Source: Squalus acanthias (taxonomy: Eukaryota). From it: a DNA stretch of 64,000 nt. Below are positions 1 to 12,292 of the stretch, one piece after another. The notes beneath the pieces are model-generated. The model was not told the DNA's origin. It saw only the letters and a list, made by a program, of their open reading frames with translations, and searched no databases. Made by a program: the position numbers and the translations under genes. Within the stretch, counting starts at the first letter, position 1. Every line of letters starts with the position of its first letter. The stretch covers positions 109,494,001 through 109,558,000 of the forward strand of contig CM059431.1 of NCBI GenBank assembly GCA_030390025.1, written 5' to 3'.

Positions 1-558
1 CCTGTGAACAGGTAGTTAACAGGCAGAAAATAGGATTATCCCCTTTTTGCCCTCACAAGTGCGGGCTTCCTGAAGGCTCCAAAACACGCCAGCTCAGCTC
101 AGCGATTACTGGGTCTGCAGGGGTCGGGGGGATGCAGAAGTGTGGTGTGAAGGTAAGTAATGGGTGCAAGAGTGTAGAGGTGAGTATCTGAGGTAAGTGC
201 AAAGTGTTTTTAAAAGTGTACTTACTTTTGTTTCTTCCTGCAGGAGATTCTCGGACCTCCGTGTTGCAGATGAGAGATGGCCGTTGCATTCTCATATGCA
301 ACAACCATCTCATTTCTGTAAAAGAAAGAAGGTTGATGAGGTCTTGTACGCAAGACCTCATCAAACTGCAGAGAATGTCACTGTTTGACAGCTTCACAGA
401 GCTTTCCCTTGATTGGCCTGCTAAGCCCACTAGGCGGGCTTAACAAGGTCAATCAAGGGAAAATAGCATGGGTTGGCCACAAATCGATGGAGGCGGGACA
501 TTGATCTGACAAGCAGCAGTCCCGCCTCCAACGCGCCCCCATTCACAAAATCGCCCCC
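1..558 (+). mobile_element. Non-autonomous PIF/Harbinger-like element, family X (partial, starts before the window)
   Basis: Homologous to 29554-30388. Ends in the TIR CAAAATCGCCCCC. The internal palindrome region is largely deleted. Confidence 0.8.
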
Positions 559-1619
559 TTGGTCTAAGGCACAATGGGCTGAGCGGCCTCCTTCTGCGTT
601 ATATGTTTCAATGATTGCCACCCCAAAGCAGCCAGTAAGAGTTACAAGATTGGCCCAGGAATGTTTCAAATTTTTCCGTCTTCCGTGAAGAAGCACCTGA
701 CCTCAAATTAGTTCTTGTAGCTCAGACCGAGTATTCGGCAGCATGGAGGATTGCTGGTGCAAGTTATCATCCTCCCACTCTATAGCGTCTCACATAAGTG
801 TTCCAACACAGGGTAGTCCTGAGCCACCTAACTACTAATGGCTTCAGCTAGTGCATGCTTGCCCCAGGATCACAGAACTGACTATAACAATGTAATATTG
901 TTGTTGATCATTACTGCAAGTTGCATTTATGAAGTTTAGCTATATCACCTTTACAACATGAAGTGTGGGCAAGCCTCCTAATAAGGCTCCTTGGAGGTGA
1001 TTAATCAACCAAATCTCGATCCTGGTTTCCCTGTGCACCTCACGTGCAGCTAGGGGGAAAGACACCAAGATAAGTGGGGATGGAAAAATTAAAAGGGTTC
1101 GCCACAGGAAGGGCTGGAAAGTGCCTCAAGCAGCTAATGATGGAGCTGATCAGTGGAGGCTTGTTGGCAACTGGACTGGCCACTCGTTCTGCCAAAAGGC
1201 AGAAGAAAATGAATACTTTGAAATTCACAAACAATGTTCAAGATGAGGCAAATGCGCCATGTGGTCTGAGATGAGGACCACTCCAGGTTCAATGCCTAGT
1301 CTGCATTGGGGTGGTAACCAATGTTTTTCCCTTTAAGCTGCCATGGCTGTGTAGCTCTCTGGACCTCCCACACAGTTGGCTCGCCGGCTTTCCGATGAGG
1401 AAAACTGCGCAAGCGCGCTGTTTTGAATGGGCCGCGCAGCCCCTTAAAGGGGCCACGCACCCAAAACAAACTTAACGGGGACATTGGTGGCAACAGAGAT
1501 GTTACAGTTGACCTCAGTGATGACGAATTAGGGAGGAGAAAAATCAGCCAGGTTTTCTCCACAATTACTATCCAGTGTTGGAAAGTAAAACATGTGGATG
1601 TTGGAGAAGGAGAGAATCA

Positions 1620-1850
1620 GAAATAACAACAGAAAACGTTGGAAAAACTCAGCAGGCCAGGCAACATCCGTGGAGAGAGAAACAGAATTAATGTTTCAGG
1701 TCGAAGACCCTTCGTCAGAGTTCTGACGAAGGGCCTTCGACCTGAAACGTTAACTCTGTTTCTCTCTCCACGGATGTTGCCTGGCCTGCTGAGTTTTTCC
1801 AGCGTTTTCTGTTGTTATTTCAGTTTTCCAGCATCCGCAGTATTTTGCTA
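1620..1850. mobile_element. Penelope-like terminal repeat in inverted (palindromic) arrangement
   Basis: 1620-1821 is a near-perfect palindrome centred near 1720. The arms are homologous to the end of the Penelope element at 21068-21160. Confidence 0.8.
1723..1765 (+). ncRNA. Putative minimal hammerhead ribozyme core (mirror copy on the minus strand at about 1676-1718)
   Basis: CTGACGA-AGGGCCTTCGACCT-GAAAC-GTTAAC gives CUGANGA, stem II, GAAAC and a short palindrome, as known for Penelope-associated hammerheads. The NUH triplet and stem I cannot be assigned confidently. Confidence 0.5.
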
Positions 1851-2063
1851 TTGTAAGGAGAGAATCAGGTTCAGTTGTAATTCCAGTCATGGTCAGAATG
1901 ACCTGTTGACATTCTGTCTAGGCCCTCACATGAATAATAACACTTAGCAATATACTGTACACCATTATTTACTTCTTGTTAATGTTGTATGTGTTTGTTA
2001 TTAAATAAAGAGAAATATTTGTGTATATTTTCTGATAGGTCTAAACTGCACCAAATACAAAAT

Positions 2064-2772
2064 GGGCCGGATTTTCCGATCGGAGGCTTTCTGCGGGCGG
2101 ATGCCTCCGATCGGAAAAAATCTATGCACTTACCTGCTGGCTCCGTGGGTCCCGAGGCTTGCGATCCTGGGCCTCTCCTTTACGAAATGCGCAGAGGCCC
2201 AGGTATCCCAGGGGCGCATGCGGTTCGTGAACGTCCCTGGGGTCACGTGGGCCATGGGGAACCAATCAAAGAAGGGAATCCCACTTTTGACAGGTATCTA
2301 CGCACAGAACTGTCAAAAGTATGAATGGGGATCAATTAAAAACACAGTTAAACATTAAATATTTTTTTTTTAAATCACATTTAAAATTAGTTAAAATTAC
2401 ATTAAATTAAATATTTTAAACAAAAATTAAATTTTTTGAAAAAAATAATTAAAGTTTTTTACAGGGTTAAAAATACACTTACCTTTTTTAAATGTATTTT
2501 TAAATTATAAATGAGTGGAAAAAAAATTATTTTTTAAAACTCTTATGCTGGTAAAAGCAGGCCTTATGCCTGCTTTTACCAGGCGTAAGATTTTTAAATG
2601 CTTTCAGCGGGCGGAGGTTCTGCAGAAAGCGGAATTCTCCACCCGCAGAGGCCCTTCTCCCGGGCAGGCGGATGATCTGTTTTAGCGCATATGCCTGAAA
2701 CCGGCACTTGCGAGGCCCCTACAGGTGTGTACACACCTCGTACGCACCCGTGGAGGTCGGAATATCCGGCCC
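2064..2772. mobile_element. Harbinger-type MITE (709 bp)
   Basis: TIRs GGGCCGGATTTTCCGA / TCGGAATATCCGGCCC, AAT TSD, AT-rich core. Confidence 0.85.
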
Positions 2773-4770
2773 AATGTCATTATCAAGGAACTGCAAACCA
2801 GATACCGCAGGCTGAGTAGAGCAGAAAAAACAATCACGATCTGGTTTCTTTTCACTTATATCCGTTCACACAAAAGACTGCTTGTGGGCTAGAATACCTG
2901 GTTTTGGTATGTTCATTAGCGAAAAATGAAAAATAATATGCATTTCCACAAGATGTTAATGCAAATTGGAAAAAAAAATCAACATATAGGATGAATTGAA
3001 CACGATTTACAGCTTGAACATACTCTATCTCTGTCATTTCCCGTGTAACTGGAGGTTTGTTTCATTCCATTATATGTAAATTAATGGAACATTTTATAAC
3101 TCGAAATAGTTTCAGTATAAATGAGTTCATATTCACTTCTAATGTATTATAGAAACCTAGTATAAGTTATTGTAAATTTGGAATGACTATAATGAGTCTT
3201 AATTCAGTTATAGACAAACTGTTATCTTACAATAAAAATCTGAACATTATTATTCCATTTCTGAGCCCATAAAGAGTAGTAAAATGCATCTCATAGATCA
3301 ATGAAATTTGATGCACCCAAACGTAAAGTGCCTAGACTTTACCTGCAGACTGAATGAATCCCTTATGCCGCCCTTTCCGATATTGTGGGGGCCCAGAGCC
3401 CGGTTGGTTGCCCCGGGGAACTATTTTTATGCCCACTGCCCATCTCAAAATGGACCCGATCTCCCGCCAGCACTAATCGAGAGGCTGGCCGGCCACTCCA
3501 AAACCGCACGGAGGGAAAATCTACCCCGATTGTTTTTTTTGAATGAGGTGACTTTGATGAATTGCTCTAACAATGCCTGCTACCACCTGAACCCTTTGAT
3601 AAATTATTGCTTTATAAGACGCCTCAATCTACGTGTCATTTATATGTTACGCCAATTTTAAAGGGTGGTTTTATTCATTCTGGTTGTGTTTCTGTCCGAC
3701 CAGGATTTCTCAGTGTGAAGGCCAACAACTAGTGCACTCCATGTCGTTGATGCATGAGGATGTTCCAATTATCTAGTCATTGCAAGTTTATCAAAAAAAT
3801 AATTGGGAGTTGATTTACTGGGAAAATTCCACCAACAGCACATGTTATAACAACGTAGTTTGAATGCTTGGAAAAAATGGCACTTGCAATCTGTCGACTT
3901 TGACTCTGCAAAGTCACCTGTCACTCGCAGATGATGATACACTGTGGTGGCATCAATGGTTGGGATGCATCACGATCATAGTAATAATTTCAGGCAGCAG
4001 TATCTTTGGTCCATCTAGCCTGCCCATTCAATTTCCCACAAGAATATCTTGACGCATTTCTGAAGCTAATGACCCTGAACTCTATTTGCTGATAGGAACT
4101 AGCCTAGGCCGTTTTTTAAATTGGAAAAAAAAGGCATGAATCATAATGAAACATGTAAACAGAAGAAAAAGTTAGATTATCCTGAAATAATGGATACTTA
4201 AAAAAAGATACGTTGTGGTTTCGTGTGCCCCAATGTTTTGCCAATAGTCTGAGAATCACTTTCTTTGACTTCCAAACAAAATAGATCAGTTTAATATAAT
4301 TTTGGAACTATTGTGGTCACTTATATTATGAATTCTGAATTAATGCAGCTCCCACTCTCAGTCATATTATACATTGTTGTAACATCTGTTAATTGATCCA
4401 TAACTTCATGCATGTTTTGAAGCCCATTACATATAAGGGAATAACTTAGCCATCGGGTTTTATAATATAATTTGTTTTTAGATCTGCCTGATAAGTAGAA
4501 CTGAAGCAATAAGTGACATTCAGATTTTCAATCATTGACAGGGGTAACACCACAAAACTGGTCGAATATCTACAAGTTGCAATGCAATATCCATTTTCCT
4601 AAGGTTTTGTTCTGAAATCATCTGTATTGTTTTTATTTCAGGATCCCTTTTATTACGCAGGTGAAAGTGGTTCCTTTTTGCGTTCGATTGGTGTAGGTAA
4701 TGTAATGCTTATTAAGAGAAAGAATGTCAATGCTGAGGAATGGGACATGCGGAGTTCCTGCTGCTGTAAG

Positions 4771-5213
4771 GAAGACTTGCATTTACATAGCGCCTTTCAT
4801 GACCACCGGGCGTCTCAAAGATCTTTACAGCCAATGAAGTACTTTTGAAGTGTAGTCACTGTTGTAATGTAGGAAACGTGGCAGCCAATTTGCACACAGC
4901 AAGCTCAAACAGCAATGTGAAAATGACCAGATAATCTGTTTTTGTTATGTTGATTGAGGGATAAATATTGGCCAGGACACCAGGGATAACTCCCCTGCTC
5001 TTCTTTGAAATAGTGCCACCTGAGGGAGCAGACGGGGCCTCGGTTTAACATCTCCTCCGAAAGATGGCAGCTCTGACAGTGCAGCACTCCCTCAGTACTG
5101 CACTGGAGTCTCAGCCTAGCTTTATGTGCTCAAGTCTCTGGAGTGGGACTTAGAACCCACAACCTTCTGACTCAGAGGCAAGTGTGCTACCAACTGAGGC
5201 CACAGCTGACACT
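4771..5213 (-). mobile_element. DeuSINE/SacSINE1-like tRNA-derived SINE, near full length
   Basis: Minus-strand tRNA-like head (TCAGTTGGTAGCAC...GGTTCTAAGTCCCA). The tail GGCGCTATGTAAATGCAAGT is shared with the L2 fragment. Family name is from recall. Confidence 0.78.
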
Positions 5214-5355
5214 GTGACACAAGAAGAGACTTTTGTGCGATTAAGTTGAGCTAGGTTCAAATCTAGGCCCCGGAGGAAAAAAATTAATGTTCCAAACCCC
5301 TGCTCCACTCAGTACTCACAATCGACAAAGATTCCAGAAACTTTAGTAAAACAAT

Positions 5356-7112
5356 AGCAGGAATTTTGCGGGGGTGGGGGTGCGGGGGGGGGGGAGTCAG
5401 TGGGCGCGATCGGAGGTGGGTCGGGTGGAAAAGTGTTTGTTTTTCCCCCAGCGAGTCGGGACCCCACTGTCAACCCGCTACCAGTGCCTGTCCACGATGT
5501 CGGGCCTGTCAGCGCTGAGCAGACCCGACACGCAGCGGCGGGGGACCTAATTCAGGTAATTAGTGGCTTGTTTAGAGCCACTTAAGAATAATTTCAGCTC
5601 ACTTTTGCATTTGACAGCTCGTCCATGGGGTCTACGCTGGTCGTGGACCACGTCTGTCAAGCTGAGGCAGGAGTTCAGTGGCCATTGAATCAGCTGTTGA
5701 GTTGACAGCTTCAAATGTAAAGTAAAAGCTCCCACCTTACAGAGATATCTTGCCTCAGTCACAAGTATTTCTCACTGCATTTCCACAACAGATTTACCAT
5801 GCTGCAAGTCTTTACACAAGTCTCCATCCAGTCTGACCTCATTACCTCTCTCACCATTGACAGATCGCTTCTGTCATCTCTACTTCACCTGCCATCTATT
5901 CCATCAACATGGGTGCCCTTTATACTCTCTCACCTTGGTCCTCAGAATCCCACCATGATCAGCCCCAACACCAGCAGCACCAACAACACCACCAACCTTC
6001 TCCGCAATCAACTGATGCTGCACAGGACAGAGGGCATCAGCACCTGACCACAGTGCTGCCAGAGAGTCCAGGGATGGCCTCACCATGGCCAGATTTACTT
6101 CACTTGACGTTGTGATGCCACATCACATGCCAGGTTGGCACCACCCCACACCAACACCATAAAGCATGCCCAAGCCATTCCATTCACACTCACCACCATT
6201 GTGGGGGGTACCGTTATGTCTCATCATTCACTGCAACTCACTAAGCCACTTCCAAAGGTGCACACAAATCTGTCTAAGAATGCAAAGTGTTGAAAATAAA
6301 GGTTTCAATGTTTGACAGCACATTCACATAAACTTTACATGAACATCGGCTAAAACACCCAAGTGCCTACCCTTGTGTATTGTTAGTTGGTATGATTGGA
6401 CTAGGATGAAGGTGAGTGTGAGGGGTGGCTAGTGAGATGGAGATGTGATAATATAGATAGAGAGGGATTGGTGGAGGTCCAAGTTAAGTTGGTGTGAGTA
6501 AGAATGTGTAGGAGTAGGGTAGGGAAGGCAGAGTGATGGGGATGTGATGAGAGGCACAGCAGGATGAGGTTGAGTGTGGCTTTGTACTAACGTTTTGTGA
6601 TCTACTGAGATCATTGTAACATTTGCGCCACTGCACCCAGGTCCTCCTGACCACATCCCTGCTTGTGCCCTCCTCTGCAATGTGCAATCAGGCTGCGTTG
6701 ATGTCCTCGGGAGGTCTCTTCCGCCCATGGGAAGGGAAGAGGACCTCCCTGCGTGCTGTGACTCCCTCTATATGCTTATGGAGGGAGTCATGGGAGAGCC
6801 TGGGGGCACACCCTGCACCTTTGTGCAGTGATTGTCAGTGTTTGCAGCACTTCAATGCTGTAGAACACTGACAGCACAAACATCAAAATAAATTTGGCCA
6901 TGGTCCCTTTAAGGAAACCAGCTGATGATGCGTCATCAAATGACATCACCACACCCGCTTCCTCTAATTGGCCGGGCAACGCGCTGGGCAGGCTTAACAA
7001 GCCCAATCAAGGGAAATTCATTTCAGAGGCCAGGAAGGAGACAGCCTCAGGGTCGGGACCCGCCACCGACATCGCCCGCCACGGGCCCGCCGAGGTGAGC
7101 AAAATCGCAGCC
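5356..7112. mobile_element. Harbinger deletion derivative, family Y (about 1.75 kb), with a Myb/SANT remnant on the minus strand
   Basis: Imperfect TIRs and an AAT TSD. Minus-strand HIAEEGTSRDVVRRTWVQWRKCYNDLSRS resembles the Harbinger Myb/SANT protein. Homologous to 30632-32362. Confidence 0.82.
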
Positions 7113-7548
7113 AATACTACAGAAAAAAGTTGCAGAAATTTACAGCTTAACTTGAGCGAAAGCACACATTCTCCGTCTACGTTTGTCTAAATGATTTTTT
7201 TTAAATGAACTGAACAGTGTTAATTTAGGCCCACAGCTCACAATATAATATTTTGTTCAGTATATGAGGAAGGTGCACATTATGCAGCATTTTCTATTTT
7301 CACCTATAAGCTAAATGTATGGTAATAAAACATTGGGGGTGAAATTGGTCTTGGGCAGCAGCGCAAAAAGGGCGTTATCTCATCGGCCGCGTGTTTTAGA
7401 CCCGCCTGATTTTCGCCTCCACTGAAGTCAATGGAGAGGAAAATTGGGCCGAGTGCAAAACGGGCTGTTTTGCCCTCCTGCTCGGGTCGCCAGCTCTGGC
7501 TGAACGTATTCCTGGAGGTTTCATTGCATGACCTCCCGCCTCCAACCC

Positions 7549-9570
7549 AGAGAGGCCAGAACTAGGGGCCATAAATATAAGATAGTCACTAATAAATCCA
7601 ACAGGGAATTCAGAAGAAACTTCTTTACCCAGAGAGTGGTGAGAATGTGGAACTCACTACCACAGGGAGTGGTTGAGGCGACTAGCATAGATGCATTTAA
7701 GGGGAAGCTAGATAAACATATGAAGGTGTAAAGTTTCGCAATTATCGCGATTCGAAATAACAAGATAGAAGCAGATTCGTTTGATCAGTTTATTTAAACG
7801 AAATGCTGTCATGATATAAAGGACACAGAAGCCTGTAAAATGGCTGCCGCGCATCGTGGCAGAAGCTTCCAGAAGTACAGTGGGCAGACAAGATGGCATT
7901 CGAATAAACATTTTCAATATAAGACGGGATCATACTCGATAAGCACTGATAAAGACAGGATGCAACCTGTTTGCATTTGTGACAATAGCAAAAGATATAA
8001 GTGCTGGAATCGTTTTCCATGCACAAGTAAGGACCATTGTACTGGGCAATCGAAGGCCCATCCAGACACATCAATACACAAATACCCCCACGGCTCTACA
8101 ATGAGAGAACCATTCTCGGGTGATTAAAGAAGTATTCGGGGGCCCCCAAAACCAGTCAGGGAGACGATTCATACGATCCTGGCTGGGCCAACAATGGGGA
8201 AAACATTAACGGGTAGTTGGCCAGTCTCAGGTGCTACCGAAACCCGTTAAAGACAAGAATCACCCCATGCTGGGAGTTTTGAGCGCCAATATTTCACAAA
8301 GGACAAACATTAAGATTTGGGCGGGAGATAAGGGAACACAGCACTATAACTATAGTGAACAAATGTTCATCGCTCTCTTATCTCTGCGGACTCTTGACTC
8401 GGGCTGAACTTTTATTCTCCTATTCTGATCCTCGGGTATCGCTCTGCTGGACGAGCAGCCTTCTGTGTTTTCTCTGGACTCTGTTGACTCTGGACGTTAG
8501 CCGCACTGGACGGTTATTCGAATGTTGGGTGGGGCTCAATTGGAACGAGTCGCCTCGACGAAGGCCGGTGACCGGGTGCACCATCTCGAGAGTCGGTAAA
8601 CGGTGTTTGGACCCGAAGGCCCAACAAGACAAGACGAAATGACAAGAGAAGAAGAAGAATCCATGTGCCGCCGCGGTCAGCAAACCCCGACCGCGCCCGA
8701 AAATATACGACCCATTTCTTGAACTCTACAGGTTACTGCACGAACCAATCAAAGACTCTTCTTTGAATTCTACCGACAACTGGTGTCTGTCCAGGAAGAC
8801 TTTTCTTTGAGTTCTACAGCCGGGCCCGAGTTCTGTCGAGTTCTTCATGACAACGGGGAGCCCAGCCTGCTTGCCGCAGCAGCGAAGATAAACAAGTGGG
8901 GTACAGAGACCCCTCCAAACACGTGACAGTCAGGCGCTGCAGCGAAACGAGCCGAGTGCCTCACTTTAAAATTCTCCAAAGTATCACGAGTGGTGAGTAT
9001 GTTTCCCGATCCTACGAATCTAGATGTAGTGTAGGTATTGATAGGGGAGGGTGGTTTTATTAAGGATAAAGTATAATGTGTTCCCCTTTTTACGATGTGC
9101 CGTGCGTTCTTCATTACCATAGACCAAGCTTTATGAATGTATGTATACTTGTACTCTCGTTAATTTGCGCCTATGACATGTACTTCATGATTTTGGACGC
9201 TATGCAATAAAAATTTCCATTTCGTACTATTCAACCGGGTCTATTTGAGTTTTTCTCCGCATTACTGCTCTCGCACCTAAGTCCAGTGTTAGAACCGTAA
9301 GGGCGAGTGGGTCGAACCACTCACAGGTGCTTATTGCAACAAGGCTGGCCGGAGACCAGAGCAAGCAATAGTATTAGGCAACGAAGGCCTAACCCCGCAC
9401 TAGCACCATCTGTGATATAAGCACGTCAAAAGGAGAAAGGAATAGAAGGATATGTTGATGAGGTTAGATGAAGTAGGGTGGGAGGAGGCTCGTGTGAAAC
9501 ACAAGCACTGGCATAGACCTGTTGGGCTGAATGTCCCGTTTCTGTGCTGTAAGTACTGTGTAATACTTTG
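7549..9570 (+). mobile_element. CR1 3' end split by solo-LTR A
   Basis: TRGHKYKI...FFTQRVV...LDKHMK continues as EKGIEGY after 9433. Confidence 0.85.
7727..9429 (+). mobile_element. Long solo LTR-like element, copy A (about 1.7 kb), inserted in a CR1 3' end
   Basis: Starts TGTAAAG and ends ...GTCA(A). AAGG is duplicated at 7723-7726 and 9430-9433 (or a 5-bp GAAGG/AAAGG with one mismatch). CR1 sequence is contiguous across it. Homologous to 10820-12173. Orientation is inferred from the order TATA, splice donor, AATAAA. Confidence 0.85.
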
Positions 9571-9574
9571 TAAA

Positions 9575-10150
9575 GTAGGTTTTTCCCTCGGGTTGGTTTT
9601 CTCACCACCTGCCGCAAGCCCAGTCTGGCAGCTGTGTCATTCAGGTTTCAGCCAGCCCAGTCAGTAGTGGTGCTACCCAGAGTACATTCTGTGCCCTTGC
9701 TACCCTCAGTGCTTCTTCCAAGTGGTGTTCAACATGGAGGAGTACTGATTCATCAGCTGAGAGAGGGTGGTAGGTGGTAATCAGCAGGTGGTTTCCTTGC
9801 CCATGTTTGAGCTGATGCCATGAGACTTCATAAAGTCTGGAGTCAATGTTGAAGACTCCCAGGGCCACTCCATCTTGACTGCATACCACTGTGCCGCCAC
9901 CTCTGGTGGGTCTGTCCTGTCGGTGGGACAGGATATACCCAGGGATGGTGATGGAGGAAAGTGGGACGTTGGCTGATAGGTGCAATTCTGTGAGTATGAC
10001 TATGTCAGGCTATTGCTTGACTAGTCTGTGGGACAGCTCTCCCAACTTTGGCTCAAGTCCCCAGATGTTAGTGAGGAGGACTTTGCAGGGTCGACTGGGC
10101 TGAGTGTGCATTTGTCGTATCCGAATCCGATGCCTAGGTCGAAGTCGAGT
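9575..10150 (-). mobile_element. Second CR1-clade LINE family, endonuclease-region fragment
   Basis: IPGYILSHRQDRPTRGGGTVV is an APE-type endonuclease motif. Confidence 0.75.
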
Positions 10151-10407
10151 GGTCCGTCTGCAGAACATCTACAGGCAATTTTACGTTTACACTTGTTTAG
10201 GTTGGATTGCCGGATAGCAGTGGTATTCTGTAATCTATAGCTCAGTCATATTTACTAACCTAACACTGGATCCCATCTCCTGATGGCAGAATGGTAGATG
10301 CATCTCTTGCAGCGTTACAATTCTGCTGTTGTGATAAGGACACTAGATGTAACAATTTAAGTATGACGAGCCAGCACACGGACACTGTTCCTGTGATCCA
10401 AATTAAT

Positions 10408-12292
10408 CAGGTGTGCAGTTCTGGTCGCCACACTATAGGAAGGATGTGATTGCATTGGAGAGGATGCAGAGGAGATTCGCCAGGATGTTACCTGGGCTGG
10501 AGCGCTTCAGCTATGAAGGCTGGGGTTGTTTTCCTTAGACCAGAGAAGGCTGAGGGGGGACCTGATTGAGATGTACAAAATTATGAGGGGCATATATAGG
10601 GTAGATAGAAAGGAACTTTTCCCCTTAGTAGAGGGGTCAATAACCAGGGGGCATAGTTTCAAGGTAAGGGGCAGGAGGTTTAGAGGGGATTTGAGGAAAA
10701 ACTTGTTCACCCAGAGGGTGGTTGGAATCTGGAACTCACTGCCTGAAAGGGTGATAGAGACAGAAACCCTCACAACATTCAAGAAGCATTTAGATGAGCA
10801 CTTGAAACGCCATAGCATATGTAGAATTCGCAATATATCGCGATTTTATAAATAAGGAGAAAACACATAGTTTCGTTCAAACAGCTTTATTTCAGCAGAA
10901 TGCTGTCAGGTTTTCAAAGTGGACACAGAAGTCTGTAAAATGGCCGCCAAGCATCGTGGCAGAAGCTTCCAGAATACAGTGGGCAGACAAGATGGCGTTC
11001 GAATAAACATTTCAGTATCAGATTGGTTAATACGCAGCAAACACTGATAAAGACAGGATGCAACCTGTCTGCATTTGACACAATAGCAAAGATATAAGTG
11101 CTGGAATAATTTTCCATGCACAAGTAAGGACCATTGTAATGGGCAATCGAAGGCCCATCCAGACACAGCAATACACATATCAGTATTCGAGAAGGCCCCA
11201 AACCCAGTCAGGGAGACTCCTAGCCAGCTCGACAATGGGGAAAACATTAACGGCTACTTGGCCAGTTTAAGGTGCTACCGAAACCCATTAAAGGAAAGAA
11301 TCGCCCCATGCTGGGAGTTTTGTGCACCAGCATTTCACAAAGGACAAACATTAAGATTTGAGCGGGAGATAAGGGAACACAGCACTATAACTATAGTGAA
11401 CAAATGTCCATCAAGGGCTTATTCTCTGGATTCGACTCATATCTCTGCTGACTCTTGACTCGGGCTGGACTCTTGACTGATTGATCTCGCTGATGACTGC
11501 TGAACTTTTATTCTCCTATTCTGATCCTCGGGTATCGCTCTGCTGGACGAGCAGCCTTCTGTTTTTCTCTGGACTCTGTTGACTACGAGACGAGACGAGA
11601 AGAAGAAGAGGAGAAGAATCCACGTACCGCCACGGTCAGTAAACCCCGACCGCGCCCGAAAATACAAGAAAGAACTGCAGCGAAACGAGCCGAGTGCCTT
11701 ACTTTAAAATTCTCCGAAGTATCACGAGTGGTGAGCATGTTTCCTCGATCCTACAAATCTAGATTAGTGTAGGTATTAATAGGGGAGGGTGGTTTTATTA
11801 AGGATAAATATAATGTGTTCCCCTTTTTACAATGTGCCGTGCGTTCCTCGTTTCCCTAAACCTAGTTTTATAAATGTATGTAAGATTGTACTGTCATTAA
11901 TCTGTGCTTATGACATGTATTTCGTAATTCTGAATAATATGCAATAAAGATTTTCCATTTCGTACCATTCAACCGGGTCTACCTGAGTTTTCTCTCCATT
12001 ACTGCTCTCGCATCTAAGTCCAGTGTCAGAACCGTAAGGGCGAGTGGGTCGAACCACTCACAGGTGTCTAGTGCTCCCAGACTGGCTGGAGACCAGAACA
12101 GGCAACAAGGCCTAATCTCGCACTAGCACCCAGGCTGAGCACAGAGCCACACACAGGTCCAGAAACCCTTACACATACAAGGCTACGGACCAAGTGCTGG
12201 AAAATGGGATTAGAATAGACAGGGCTTGATGGCCGGCGTGGACACGATGGGCCAAAAGGCCTCTTTCTGCGCTGTATAACTCTATGACTCTA
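10408..12292 (+). mobile_element. CR1 3' end split by solo-LTR B
   Basis: RLRGDLIE...LDEHLKRHSI continues as QGYG after 12177. Confidence 0.88.
10820..12173 (+). mobile_element. Long solo LTR-like element, copy B (1354 bp), inserted in a CR1 3' end
   Basis: TGTAG...TTACA termini with a perfect CATA TSD (10816-10819, 12174-12177). CR1 resumes with CAAGGCTACGG. Homologous to copy A. Confidence 0.88.

Noticed and set aside
3328..3527. Small MITEs or Harbinger ends (also about 7335-7480, 32750-33290, 47163-47290)
   Set aside because: TIR-like ends are present but too degenerate or one-sided to define boundaries or TSDs.
7840..8127. 95-aa plus-strand ORF in LTR A as a bel2-like U3 gene
   Set aside because: Copy B is frameshifted and has stops in this frame, and the ORF does not extend to the LTR start.
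7727..12173. Copies A and B as the 5' and 3' LTRs of a single provirus
   Set aside because: Each has its own TSD, they differ by large indels, and the spacer is CR1 and host DNA with no PBS, polypurine tract or retroviral genes.
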